DNA of 64,000 bases from NCBI RefSeq assembly GCF_026965535.1, contig NZ_CP114039.1, forward strand, positions 7,843,461-7,907,460, given 5' to 3'. The notes below the pieces were generated by a model. It ran no database searches, was not told the DNA's origin, and saw only the letters and a program-made list of their open reading frames with translations. Positions 18,054 through 26,849 of the stretch are shown piece after piece (position 1 is the stretch's first letter; each line of letters starts with the position of its first letter). A program made the translations under genes and the position numbers. The stretch comes from Corallococcus sp. NCRR. GTDB lineage: Bacteria > Myxococcota > Myxococcia > Myxococcales > Myxococcaceae.

Positions 18054-18359
18054 ATGTTCGACGCCTGTGGAGATTGTGAGCGCCGTGGCACCGCCGGAGA
18101 GGTGTTCGACTGGTGCGCGCACTGCGAGTTGTCCCTGTGCCCGGGCTGCCTCCAGCGCGGCTGCTGCGGCAGCGTGCCCGCGGACTCCGGCCGGGGCGCC
18201 CCCCGGGAGCTGCCCGACCCGCCACCTCCCGAGCGGGAGGTCCTCCCGGAGGACTTCGGAGGCCGCTGCTGCACGCACGCCCGCGCGGTGGCGTGCTCCT
18301 GCGCCTTCCACTGGGTCTGCACGCGCCACGGCGACCTGCACGTGGGCACCCACGACTGA
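18054..18359 (+). CDS. Small Cys-rich hypothetical protein (101 aa, 16 Cys, several CxxC pairs)
   Basis: ATG start with a clean ORF. CxxC/CC clusters (CGDC, CAHC, CPGC, CC, CC, CSC) suggest a metal-binding mini-protein. Confidence 0.4.
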   Translation: MFDACGDCERRGTAGEVFDWCAHCELSLCPGCLQRGCCGSVPADSGRGAPRELPDPPPPEREVLPEDFGGRCCTHARAVACSCAFHWVCTRHGDLHVGTHD

Positions 18360-18446
18360 GGGCGTTGACACACGGGCGGCCTGTCCACGAGGTTTCCGCC
18401 TGCTTTCAGGCATTCCCGCCCGGACACAGCACGGAGCACGGACACC

Positions 18447-18839
18447 ATGGGTCTCGCTGAACGGTCGGAGCTGGCCGCGTTCAAGAAGGACGCCCTCGAC
18501 GCGAAGGTGGCGGAGCTGAGGGAGGCCGCGGCGGGCGCGGACATCCGGGTGACGCTGGACGAGGCGAGCTTCACCACCGGCGCCGCCATCCAGATGCTCT
18601 CCAACGGCGTCTTCGACCGGCTCATCGACGACATGAAGTCCGTCTGTCGCGACGACATCGGGAGGCAGGCCGTCCGGGAAGGCATCCAGACGTTTCACAT
18701 CGTCCACAAGGACGCGCCGGGCTTCACGCTGGAGCTGGCGGGCGGAACGCTCACCCTGCGCGCGAAGCTGGACGGCTCGCTCGGCGAGGACCTGCCGGGC
18801 TACGGCCAGTACCGGGCCTTCCTGCTGAAGAAGCTGTAG
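18447..18839 (+). CDS. Hypothetical protein (130 aa)
   Basis: ATG ORF with non-biased composition (K/D/E-containing, unlike the antisense artefacts). No recognisable domain. Confidence 0.45.
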   Translation: MGLAERSELAAFKKDALDAKVAELREAAAGADIRVTLDEASFTTGAAIQMLSNGVFDRLIDDMKSVCRDDIGRQAVREGIQTFHIVHKDAPGFTLELAGGTLTLRAKLDGSLGEDLPGYGQYRAFLLKKL

Positions 18840-18913
18840 GGCCCGGGGCGGCGTCACGGACCGGAGGGACGCTTTGTCAGCGGTGTCCTCCGGCCCCTGT
18901 CATCGCGTCCGGC

Positions 18914-21900
18914 TCAGGGCACGTCCAGCGCGACGCCCTGGCCCGGGACGGCCATCACCCAGCGGACGACGTCCGGCTTGCCGCCGCAGGTGACGCGCAC
19001 CTCGAACTCGCGCCCCGCGGGCATCTGGCTGGACAGGGGCGTCTGGCCCTCCAGCACCTGAGAGCCCAGCGCCACGCGGCAGCCCTGGGCACCGGTGACG
19101 CTGAGCGTGCCCCGGGCTTCCGCCTGGGGCGGCGCGTCCGCGAGCGTGCGCAGGTCGATGTGCTCCGACTTCGGCACCTTGCCGAAGCGGTGCAGCTTGC
19201 CGTCCACGGCCGTGGAGATGAGCCAGCCAGAGGTGCCCTCGGGCAGGTCCTGGCTCGCCTCCAGCCGAACGCCGGACACGTAGACGCGCTCGCCCTCCTG
19301 GGCGTTACGCACCTCCACGCCGCCCTTGGGCAAGAGGAACACCAGCGCGAGCCCCGCGAGCACCAGGGCCACGCCGCCCACGATGAGCCCCTTGCGCGGG
19401 CCGGACTTCAGCCCCTTCCCCGTCGCTTCGGCGGGGGGCGCGGAGGCCGCGGGGGCGACCGCGTGGACGGGAGCCGGAGGCGCGGCCACGGGAGCCGCCG
19501 GAGGCCGCGCGGGCGGGGCCACCGGAGCCGCGACAGGCGGAGCCGGAGGCGCGGCCACGGGCGAGGGGGGCTTCCCCCCATAGGCGGCGTGGGTGCCCGT
19601 CGACGGCGACGCGGGGGTGCCCAGCGGCGGCGGCTGCGGGGGCGCGTGGACGGCCCCGTATTGCGCGTGGGTGCCCCCATGCGGCGGAGGGGGCGGCGCG
19701 GCGGACACAGGGGGCGGCTGCGCAGCCGCGGTCAGGGGGGCCACGGAGGGCACCGACACCGACGGACGCGCGGGCGCCTGGGGCGGGGGCCCCACGCGCG
19801 TGGGCACGTTGGCGGACGCGGCGGGGCGCACCGCGGTGGGCGGCGGCAGCGGCGACGTGGGCGGAGCCACGGCCGGGCGCGACGGACGGGGCGCGGCGGC
19901 CACGGGCGGTGCCACCGGAGGCGCGGTGGCCACGGGCGGAGCGTTGACGGAGACGACCTCGGTCCCGCGCTCGGCGGGCTCCGGCGGGGAAGCCACCGGG
20001 GGCGGCTCCATCCGGGGCATGCTGCCGGAGCCGCCGCGCACGGGCGGCCGGGACAGGTCCGACGGGGCCCGCATGTCGCTGCCGGAGCCCGTGCCCACGT
20101 TGCGCGAGTGCGAGCCCGTGCCCGGCATCAGCGCCCGGGGGTTGGAGCCCGTGCCCGAGCCGGCGATGGACGACGGCGCGTACTCGGAGAGCCGGTCGCC
20201 CAGCGCCTCCTTGAAGAACTGCGCCACGGACGCGGGCGACGAGGACAGCCGGTGGTGCGCGATGACGGCTTCGATCTCCTCGCGCATCGCAGCCGCGGAG
20301 GGCGTGCGCCGCGCCGGGTCCTTCACCAGCGCGCGGAGGATGAGGTCCGACACGTCCTGCGGGATGTGGGGCCGCAGCTGCGAAGGCACCGGCGCGGGCT
20401 CGCGCACGATGGCCGCGAGCGTGGCCGCGTCATGGTCCCGGCGGAACGGCAGCTGGCCGGTGAGCAGTTCGAAGAGCACCACGCCCAGCGCGAACACGTC
20501 GTTGCGCCAGTCCAGCGGGCGGCCGCTGGCGGCCTCCGGGGAGAGGTAGGAAATCTTCCCCTTGATGACGCCCGCCTGCGTGTGCTCCTCGCCCTGCACC
20601 TTGGCGATGCCGAAGTCCGACAGCTTGATGGCGCCGTCCAGCGACACCAGCACGTTGTGGGGGCTGACGTCGCGGTGCACCACCGGGTGCGCCGTGCCGG
20701 AAGGGTCCACGTAGCTGTGCGCGTAGTGCAGGCCCGCGGCCACCTCCGCCACGATGCGCAGCGCGTGCTCCAGGGGCAGCGCCATGCCCTTGCGGCGCAG
20801 CTCCGTGAGCAGGCGCTTCAGGTCCGGGCCGCGCACGTACTCCATCAGGATGTACGCCACGCCGTCCGTCACGCCCACGTCGAAGGTCTGCACGACGTTG
20901 GGGTGCGTGAGGCGCGCGTTGGCGCGGGCCTCCGCGAAGAGCATGTCGACGAACTCGGGATTCTCAGCGAACTGCGCGAGAATCTTCTTCATCACGACGA
21001 ACTTCTCGAAGCCCTTCACGCCCTGCTGCTTGGCGAGGAACACCTCCGCCATGCCGCCTTGCCCCAGCCGGCGGATGATCTGCAGCCGCGCGCCGCTGTT
21101 GTGCGTGTCCGTGGCGGACGTGCCCTTGGCGCCGGGGTCCTGGTTGGTGGAGCCGAAGAGGTACTGGCTGAGGGCGCGCTGCTCCAGCGCCTCGATGTCG
21201 TCCAGCGGCTTGTCGGTGAGCGGCGAGCGCGCGAGCAGCCCCTGGAACTGCGCGAGCGCCGGAGCCCGGGCGCTGCCGCCGCACACGGGGCACACGCGCT
21301 CCATGGTGCCCTTGGCGCGCAGGACCTCCAGGTACTCGGAGGTCTGGATGCGCTGATGGGTGACCTGGCCGCAGTTGCGGCAGTCGCACGGCAGCCACAG
21401 CGTGGCCAGCTTCGCGGGCAGCGCCTTGGTGGACTTCGCCAGCACGGCGAGCAGCGGCGGCGGCACGCGGCAGAGCACCACCTGGGCGCCCTGCGCCGCC
21501 ACCTCCAGCACCTGTTCGATGCGCGGCAGCGCCTCCGGCTCCACCACGCTCACGTGGCAGCAGTCGAACGCGACGCGCCCCTCCAGGCCGGACGCCAGCC
21601 GGCGCACGTTGAGGTCGCCCTTGAGCGTGCTGGCCAGGGTGATGAAGGTGATGTCGTCCTGGACGATCTTCAGGTGCGACGAGAGCTCGGACGGCTCCGA
21701 CGGGATGCCGGAGCGCAGGTAGCGCAGCACCGCCGGATCCACCGCGGAGAACTGCTGGCGGCGCGCGAAGTCGAAGAACTCCGTGGGCTCGTCCGCGAAC
21801 TCCAGCGGCTGGGCGCACACCGGGCACTGGTGCGGCGGGGCCCCGCCCTGCTCCAGCACCTTCGCCTCCTCCACCAGGCGCACCAGCCGCAGCCGGTCCT

Positions 21901-22243
21901 CCTTGCAGAAGCGGCACGTGTAGGGCGCCAGCAGCGAGAGCACGCGCGCGACGCCCGCGAAGCCCTCCACCATGTTGAGCTGATCCACCACCACCGGCGG
22001 CGCGTTGACGACGTACAGCCCCGACACGCCCTGCGGCGGGTGGCCGGCGAACTCGATCCACCGGCGCACGCCGAAGGAGCTGATGCGCTCCACCAGGCCC
22101 AGGTCCACCACCACCAGGCCCTGGAGGCCCTTGGAGGTTGGCGAGAGCGGGAAGGTTTCGTCGATCACCCCGGCCACGCGCACGTGGGTCAGACTGCCCA
22201 CGCGCAGGGAGGTGATGCTGGCATTGGAAGTTTGGCTCTCCAC
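18914..22243 (-). CDS. Receptor-type Ser/Thr protein kinase with an N-terminal multi-CxxC (zinc-ribbon-like) region, Pro/Ala-rich linker, TM helix and C-terminal extracytoplasmic domain
   Basis: Hanks kinase motifs 'LGQGGMAEVFLAKQ', 'HRDVSPHNVLV', 'DFGIAKV' and 'SPE' are present. CxxC pairs lie N-terminal to the kinase (CRFC, CPVC, CDC..C, CPVC). A PA-rich stretch of about 250 aa is followed by the TM helix 'LIVGGVALVLAGLALVFLL'. The track ORF reaches 22309. A GTG at 22241-22243 lies 4 nt after the upstream gene's stop and is the likely start. Confidence 0.85.
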   Translation of the reverse strand: MESQTSNASITSLRVGSLTHVRVAGVIDETFPLSPTSKGLQGLVVVDLGLVERISSFGVRRWIEFAGHPPQGVSGLYVVNAPPVVVDQLNMVEGFAGVARVLSLLAPYTCRFCKEDRLRLVRLVEEAKVLEQGGAPPHQCPVCAQPLEFADEPTEFFDFARRQQFSAVDPAVLRYLRSGIPSEPSELSSHLKIVQDDITFITLASTLKGDLNVRRLASGLEGRVAFDCCHVSVVEPEALPRIEQVLEVAAQGAQVVLCRVPPPLLAVLAKSTKALPAKLATLWLPCDCRNCGQVTHQRIQTSEYLEVLRAKGTMERVCPVCGGSARAPALAQFQGLLARSPLTDKPLDDIEALEQRALSQYLFGSTNQDPGAKGTSATDTHNSGARLQIIRRLGQGGMAEVFLAKQQGVKGFEKFVVMKKILAQFAENPEFVDMLFAEARANARLTHPNVVQTFDVGVTDGVAYILMEYVRGPDLKRLLTELRRKGMALPLEHALRIVAEVAAGLHYAHSYVDPSGTAHPVVHRDVSPHNVLVSLDGAIKLSDFGIAKVQGEEHTQAGVIKGKISYLSPEAASGRPLDWRNDVFALGVVLFELLTGQLPFRRDHDAATLAAIVREPAPVPSQLRPHIPQDVSDLILRALVKDPARRTPSAAAMREEIEAVIAHHRLSSSPASVAQFFKEALGDRLSEYAPSSIAGSGTGSNPRALMPGTGSHSRNVGTGSGSDMRAPSDLSRPPVRGGSGSMPRMEPPPVASPPEPAERGTEVVSVNAPPVATAPPVAPPVAAAPRPSRPAVAPPTSPLPPPTAVRPAASANVPTRVGPPPQAPARPSVSVPSVAPLTAAAQPPPVSAAPPPPPHGGTHAQYGAVHAPPQPPPLGTPASPSTGTHAAYGGKPPSPVAAPPAPPVAAPVAPPARPPAAPVAAPPAPVHAVAPAASAPPAEATGKGLKSGPRKGLIVGGVALVLAGLALVFLLPKGGVEVRNAQEGERVYVSGVRLEASQDLPEGTSGWLISTAVDGKLHRFGKVPKSEHIDLRTLADAPPQAEARGTLSVTGAQGCRVALGSQVLEGQTPLSSQMPAGREFEVRVTCGGKPDVVRWVMAVPGQGVALDVP
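19326..20060 (-). repeat. Low-complexity Pro/Ala/Val-rich coding region (disordered linker) inside the kinase gene
   Basis: Reiterated gcSccSccS codon periodicity. The protein reads PPVATAPPVAPPVAAAP...APPAPPVAAPVAPPARPPAAPVAAPPAP. Confidence 0.6.
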
Positions 22244-22247
22244 CCGC

Positions 22248-23090
22248 CTACCCTCGTTCCAGACTGAACAGCAGCGACTTGGGCTGCGCGGCCCGGCGGC
22301 GAGCGTCACCCAGGTCCACCCCGCAGGCGAACTGCGTGCGCTTGCCAGGAGTCACCCGAACCGCCACCACGTCGCTGTGCTCCAGGATGCGCCGCAGACC
22401 CAGGCCCGCGCCACCACCCGAAGCATCCACCTGCGCCTTCTCACCCCACGCCTTCACCACCCGCACCAGCGGTGACACCGACAGGCGGCCGAAGCGGTCC
22501 GTCGCCTCCAGCCACGCCCGGCCATCCGCCACCGCCCAGGACAAGAGGCAGCGATCCTCCTCCGCCACCGACTGCACCTGGCCGCGCCGGTGGGCGTACT
22601 TCGGCTCGCCGCCGCCGTCCACTGGCGCGTCGAGCAGGGCATTCACCCCAATCTCATGGACGACATCCGCCACCCGGCTGGCCGCGCCCTTGGAGCCGCC
22701 GGCCTGGAGGACGGCCTCGGCCGCGCGCTCACCCAGGGCCGTTACCTCCGCCACGCTGCCCAGCCACGCCACGGACGTGGCGGCCTCCTGGGGGATCATG
22801 GGCTCGCCGCGCAAGAGCGCGCTCAAGAGCCGCGCCTCCCAGGCGGACGGCTGGCCGCCCTCGCGGGTGGCCAGCAGCAGCGCCGGGGGACGGCGCTCCA
22901 GGAGCGCGGCGTGAGCGGGGGTGAACCGCCCGTCGAACAGCACCAGCCGCGGCGCCGTGTCGTCACCGCGCCCCAACAACAGGCCGTCCCGGGCCAGCAC
23001 CCCGGAGGCCTTCTCCAGCGCCTCCGGCGTGAGCGTCGTGTCCGGCGTCAACTTCAGGGGAGCATCCTTCACGGCGGCGACGGTATCCAA
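22248..23090 (-). CDS. Hypothetical protein (280 aa), probably translationally coupled to the downstream kinase
   Basis: ATG ORF. Its stop at 22248-22250 lies 4 nt before the proposed kinase GTG start. No confident domain assignment. Confidence 0.5.
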   Translation of the reverse strand: MDTVAAVKDAPLKLTPDTTLTPEALEKASGVLARDGLLLGRGDDTAPRLVLFDGRFTPAHAALLERRPPALLLATREGGQPSAWEARLLSALLRGEPMIPQEAATSVAWLGSVAEVTALGERAAEAVLQAGGSKGAASRVADVVHEIGVNALLDAPVDGGGEPKYAHRRGQVQSVAEEDRCLLSWAVADGRAWLEATDRFGRLSVSPLVRVVKAWGEKAQVDASGGGAGLGLRRILEHSDVVAVRVTPGKRTQFACGVDLGDARRRAAQPKSLLFSLERG

Positions 23091-23098
23091 ACAGCGCT

Positions 23099-25702
23099 CT
23101 AGTAATGGAGTCGAACTTCGGTGAAGACGCCCAGCGGCGGTGCGGGGAAGCCGTGGGACTCCTCGTACTTCGCGTTGAAGAGGTTGGTCCCCAACAGCGA
23201 CACCGCCACGCGCTCGTGGACGTTGAAGCCCACGCGCGCGGTCGCGGTGATGTAGCTGGGCAGCTTCACGCGGGTGGTGGTGCCGGCGTTCTCGTCCACC
23301 ACGAAGCCCGGATCATACCGGGCGCCCACGAACAGGCCGTAGAGCTCCACGAAGGCGAACTTGCCGATGTTGGTGCGGCCGCGCAGGTAGACGCGGTGGC
23401 TGGGCGCGTAGTCCAGCGGGTAGCCGGCCCCGCCGCCCACCGGCAGCGCCTGGGCGTCCAGGAACTGGTAGGCCACGTCGAAGGACGAGTTGATGGACGG
23501 CACCTGCGCCGCGGCTTCCGCCTCGAAGCCCGCCACGCGCGCGTCGCCCAGGTTCTTGAACTGGGACGTGGAGCCGAAGAGCAGCTCCTGATTGATGAAG
23601 TTGCGGGCGCGGTTGTAGAAGCCCGTGCCCGTCAGGCGCACCCTGCGGTCCAGCGGCCAGAAGTCCACCGCCGCCTCCACCGTGTCCAGCGTCTCCGCGC
23701 GCAGGGCCGGGTTGCCCAGGAGCGTCGCGGCGTACATCTGCTGGTTGATGGCGAGCTCCGCCAGCGTGGGCGCGCGGAAGGCGCGGCCGTAGTTGGTGCG
23801 CAGCGTGAGCAGCTCCGGGATGGCGTGGAACACGACGCTGGCGCGCGGGGACACCTGGTCCGTCTTCGCCTCCCAGACCTTGGAGGGGATCTGGTAGTTG
23901 TCGTAGCGGGCGCCCGCGCCCACCACCAGCCGCTCCGTGATGCGGTACTCGGCGTCCACGAAGCCGCCCAGGATGGTCTGCTTCGTGTCGTCCAGGGTCA
24001 GGCCGGGCAGGACGTTCTGGTTGTTCACCTGGTCGGCCTTCACGTCACCGCCGACGGTGACGGAGAGCTTGTCCAGGGAGAACAGCGCGCGCGCCTCACC
24101 GCCGATGCGGCTGCGCTTGCCCAGCGTGTCCTCCAGCGCGCCGGTGATTTCGTTCTCCAGCGTCACGTTGCGGCGCTTGAAGAACGTGTAGGCCTGGGCG
24201 AACACGCGCACGTTGTCCGTCACCTGCTGATCCAGCTGCAGGGCGGCGTTGAGGTTCTGGACGTGCTCGTTGTCCTGCGCGGTGTAGTGGCAGCGGCCGC
24301 AGTTGCCCACGGTGGAGATGTTCTGACCGCCGGGCCGGCCGATGTTGCCGTCCGTGAAGTCCGCGTCCAGCGCGAGCGGCCCCACGCGGACCTTGCCGTT
24401 CACCTGGTGGACCAGCGAGTCCTCGTTGGTGTCCGTCTGGCCCAGCTGCTGGTTGTTGAAGAGCTGCGGGCCGTCCGAGCCGAAGCCGTAGTAGCCGAGC
24501 AGCGCCTCCACCGGGCCGCCGCGGCCGGCGACGTTGGTCTGCAGGCGCCAGGTCTTGTCCTGGCCCGCGAGGATGCGCGCGTCGGCGCCCACGTTCTGGC
24601 CCTTGGCGATGAGGTCCGCGGGCTGGCGCTCGATGATGTTGATGACGCCGCTGAAGGCGTTGGAGCCGTAGAGCGAGGAGCCCGGGCCGCGGATGACCTC
24701 CACCTGCTTGAGGTTCGTCATCGGCGTCGTCTCATCCGCGTAGAACTGGCCCGTCCAGGGGTCCGTCAGCGGACGGCCGTCCTTGAGGAGCAGCAGGCGG
24801 TTGGACAGGTAGTTGGAGCCCAGGCCGCGCGCGCTCACCGCCGCCTTGCGCATGGAACCCCGGCGGCACTCCATGCCGGGGAAGTACTGGATGGCCTCGC
24901 AGAGCGAGAACTGGCCGGTGCCCTCCAGCTCCTCCGCGGGAATCCAGGACACCGTGAGGGGCACGTCGGAGATGCGCTGGCTGCGCTTGGACGCCGTGGT
25001 GACGACGGCCTCGCTCAGCGCCAGGTTGATGTTCTTCTCCAGGTCGTCGCCACCGCCCAGGTCCGGGCCGTCCAGGCCGGAGAGGCTGGAGGGCGGCGGC
25101 AGCGCGCGGTCGGAGGTGGGCTCCGTGAAGGGCGCGCGGTCCGGGACGTTGTCCGCCGTGCGCGGCTGCGACGCCGGCAGCATCGCGCCGGCCCCCAGCG
25201 CGGGCGCGGGCGGCGGGTTGGACGGGATGTCCGACGTCAGCGGCCCGTCATACGGCGACGGGGACTGCGAGGCAGGCGCGGCCACGGGCAGCGGATCCGC
25301 GACGGACGGTCCCGGGCCGGCCACGGGGGCGGGAGGCGCGGGAGGCGGCTCGGTGGCGAGCGCCGGCTCCTGCGGAGCGGGCTCGTCCCCGGGAACGGGC
25401 TCCAGGTCCACCGGAGGCGGCGGCGGCGCCTTCGCGCCCCGGCGGGTCTTCGCCGTGCGCGGAGGCTTCGTGGCCGCCTTGGCGCCCGGCGGGTTCGCCG
25501 CGCGCTTGCGGGTGGCCTTGGTGCGCGTCTTGGGGGCAGGGTCCTGGGCCTCCTGGGCCTGGGCCGTTTCCACCGCGAAAAGGGACAGTGCGCAGACCAC
25601 CAGGGTGAGGCACGCGCGCGCGCCCAGCCGACCGGCAAACCCCTTCACCGCGTTGGTGCGCGATCCACCGTACTCAGTCGAGTCCATCGTTCTCAATTCC
25701 AC
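23099..25702 (-). CDS. TonB-dependent receptor with an extended Pro-rich N-terminal region
   Basis: Signal peptide (ACLTLVVCALSLFAVETAQA). Plug-domain motifs 'DVPLTVSWIPAEEL' and 'IEVIRGPGSSLYGSNAFSGVINI'. Long beta-barrel with a terminal aromatic residue (...VRLHY). Confidence 0.8.
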   Translation of the reverse strand: MELRTMDSTEYGGSRTNAVKGFAGRLGARACLTLVVCALSLFAVETAQAQEAQDPAPKTRTKATRKRAANPPGAKAATKPPRTAKTRRGAKAPPPPPVDLEPVPGDEPAPQEPALATEPPPAPPAPVAGPGPSVADPLPVAAPASQSPSPYDGPLTSDIPSNPPPAPALGAGAMLPASQPRTADNVPDRAPFTEPTSDRALPPPSSLSGLDGPDLGGGDDLEKNINLALSEAVVTTASKRSQRISDVPLTVSWIPAEELEGTGQFSLCEAIQYFPGMECRRGSMRKAAVSARGLGSNYLSNRLLLLKDGRPLTDPWTGQFYADETTPMTNLKQVEVIRGPGSSLYGSNAFSGVINIIERQPADLIAKGQNVGADARILAGQDKTWRLQTNVAGRGGPVEALLGYYGFGSDGPQLFNNQQLGQTDTNEDSLVHQVNGKVRVGPLALDADFTDGNIGRPGGQNISTVGNCGRCHYTAQDNEHVQNLNAALQLDQQVTDNVRVFAQAYTFFKRRNVTLENEITGALEDTLGKRSRIGGEARALFSLDKLSVTVGGDVKADQVNNQNVLPGLTLDDTKQTILGGFVDAEYRITERLVVGAGARYDNYQIPSKVWEAKTDQVSPRASVVFHAIPELLTLRTNYGRAFRAPTLAELAINQQMYAATLLGNPALRAETLDTVEAAVDFWPLDRRVRLTGTGFYNRARNFINQELLFGSTSQFKNLGDARVAGFEAEAAAQVPSINSSFDVAYQFLDAQALPVGGGAGYPLDYAPSHRVYLRGRTNIGKFAFVELYGLFVGARYDPGFVVDENAGTTTRVKLPSYITATARVGFNVHERVAVSLLGTNLFNAKYEESHGFPAPPLGVFTEVRLHY

Positions 25703-25922
25703 GAGGGGGAAGCAGGGATGTCCGCGGTCGTTGCGCCAGGATCCAGAGCCGGTGTGACTGGCAATCGTTCTCAGGGACGAGTTTCCACCCCTGAACGGTG
25801 GCGTTCCGCTCGACTTCTCAAATTACCGCAATAACTCGCCTTAGGCCAAGTCATGGCTGTCGATCCCGGTGAAACACGCGCACGGGGCGGGGGCGCCGTG
25901 CGCGGATCAACTCACGCCGCAA

Positions 25923-26849
25923 TCAGTCATCCGGCTGTTCGGCGGAGACGGCCAGGTCGTCCGCGAACGGCGGCAGGGCAGGACCCAGCGACTCGGATTG
26001 GACGAGCACGGGCGTCTCCACCCGCAGGTCGGGGGTGTCCGCGAGGACGGGCTGGCGGCGCGGGGGGCCCTGGGTGACGAGCTTGCGGAAGTCCTCGAAC
26101 TCGCGGCCCTGGATGCGGGCGAAGGCGTCGAACGGGGCGACCGCACCCACGGAGGACAGGGACTGGGACAACGCGTCTGCCCCGCCCTTCAGGTCCACCA
26201 GCACGGCGCCCGGCACCCGGCTGCTCTTGAAGAGCACCCGCATGTCCCTGGGCACGTGCGCCACCGGCACGAGCGCGGCCTCCGCGCCCCTGGCCTCCAG
26301 CATCTTCACCGCCGACTCCACGTTGGGCACCGGCACCAGCTTGAAGTGCTTCTGGGCATCCAGGTCGCCGCCCAGCACGACGTGGGAGACGAACTTGGGG
26401 TCCGCGGAGCCCGCGCCCTTGACCAGCGCCATGCGCTTGCCGGCGAGGTCCTTCACGGTGCCCTTCTGCAGGGAGATGATGGCCCAGCGCTGCTGCGTCT
26501 CACCGGAGCGCGGCGCGTACGCCACGGGCTGCGCCTTGGCGCCCAGTTGCACCGCGGCCCAGCCGTCCACCACGGCGAAGTCGATCTGCCCCTCCCCCAC
26601 CGCCTTGGAGAAGTCCTCGTAGCGGCCGAAGCTCTTGGCGCCGACGGGGCGGCCCAGGCTGGCCTCCAGCTTCTGGGCGAGCGCCTCCGCGTACTGGAAG
26701 CGCTCCTGGCCGTCCGACAGCGTGGTGGCGAGGAACACGCCCAGCGTGGCCTTCTTCGGCGCGGCGGACGCGGGGCTGGCGACGGAAACAGCGAACAGCA
26801 CGGCGGCGAGCAGGAGGCTCCCCCGCGCGACAAGGGATGGCGTCTTCAC
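25923..26849 (-). CDS. Periplasmic substrate-binding protein, PhnD/SsuA-like fold
   Basis: Signal peptide (LLLAAVLFAVSVASPASA). 308 aa with type-2 periplasmic-binding-protein-like composition. The start overlaps the upstream TPR gene stop (ATGA). Confidence 0.6.
   Translation of the reverse strand: MKTPSLVARGSLLLAAVLFAVSVASPASAAPKKATLGVFLATTLSDGQERFQYAEALAQKLEASLGRPVGAKSFGRYEDFSKAVGEGQIDFAVVDGWAAVQLGAKAQPVAYAPRSGETQQRWAIISLQKGTVKDLAGKRMALVKGAGSADPKFVSHVVLGGDLDAQKHFKLVPVPNVESAVKMLEARGAEAALVPVAHVPRDMRVLFKSSRVPGAVLVDLKGGADALSQSLSSVGAVAPFDAFARIQGREFEDFRKLVTQGPPRRQPVLADTPDLRVETPVLVQSESLGPALPPFADDLAVSAEQPDD

Noticed and set aside
18861-18892. Imperfect hairpin ccggagggacgc...gtgtcctccgg between convergent genes (18839/18914)
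   Set aside because: The stem has a bulge and no T-tract. It may be a weak terminator but is not confident enough to list as a feature.
19160-22267. 1035-aa plus-strand ORF
   Set aside because: Antisense to the Ser/Thr kinase gene, Arg/Gly-rich, with no domain signatures. The kinase motifs are unambiguous on the minus strand.
23105-25834. 909-aa plus-strand ORF
   Set aside because: Antisense to the TonB-dependent receptor, whose plug and barrel motifs are clear.
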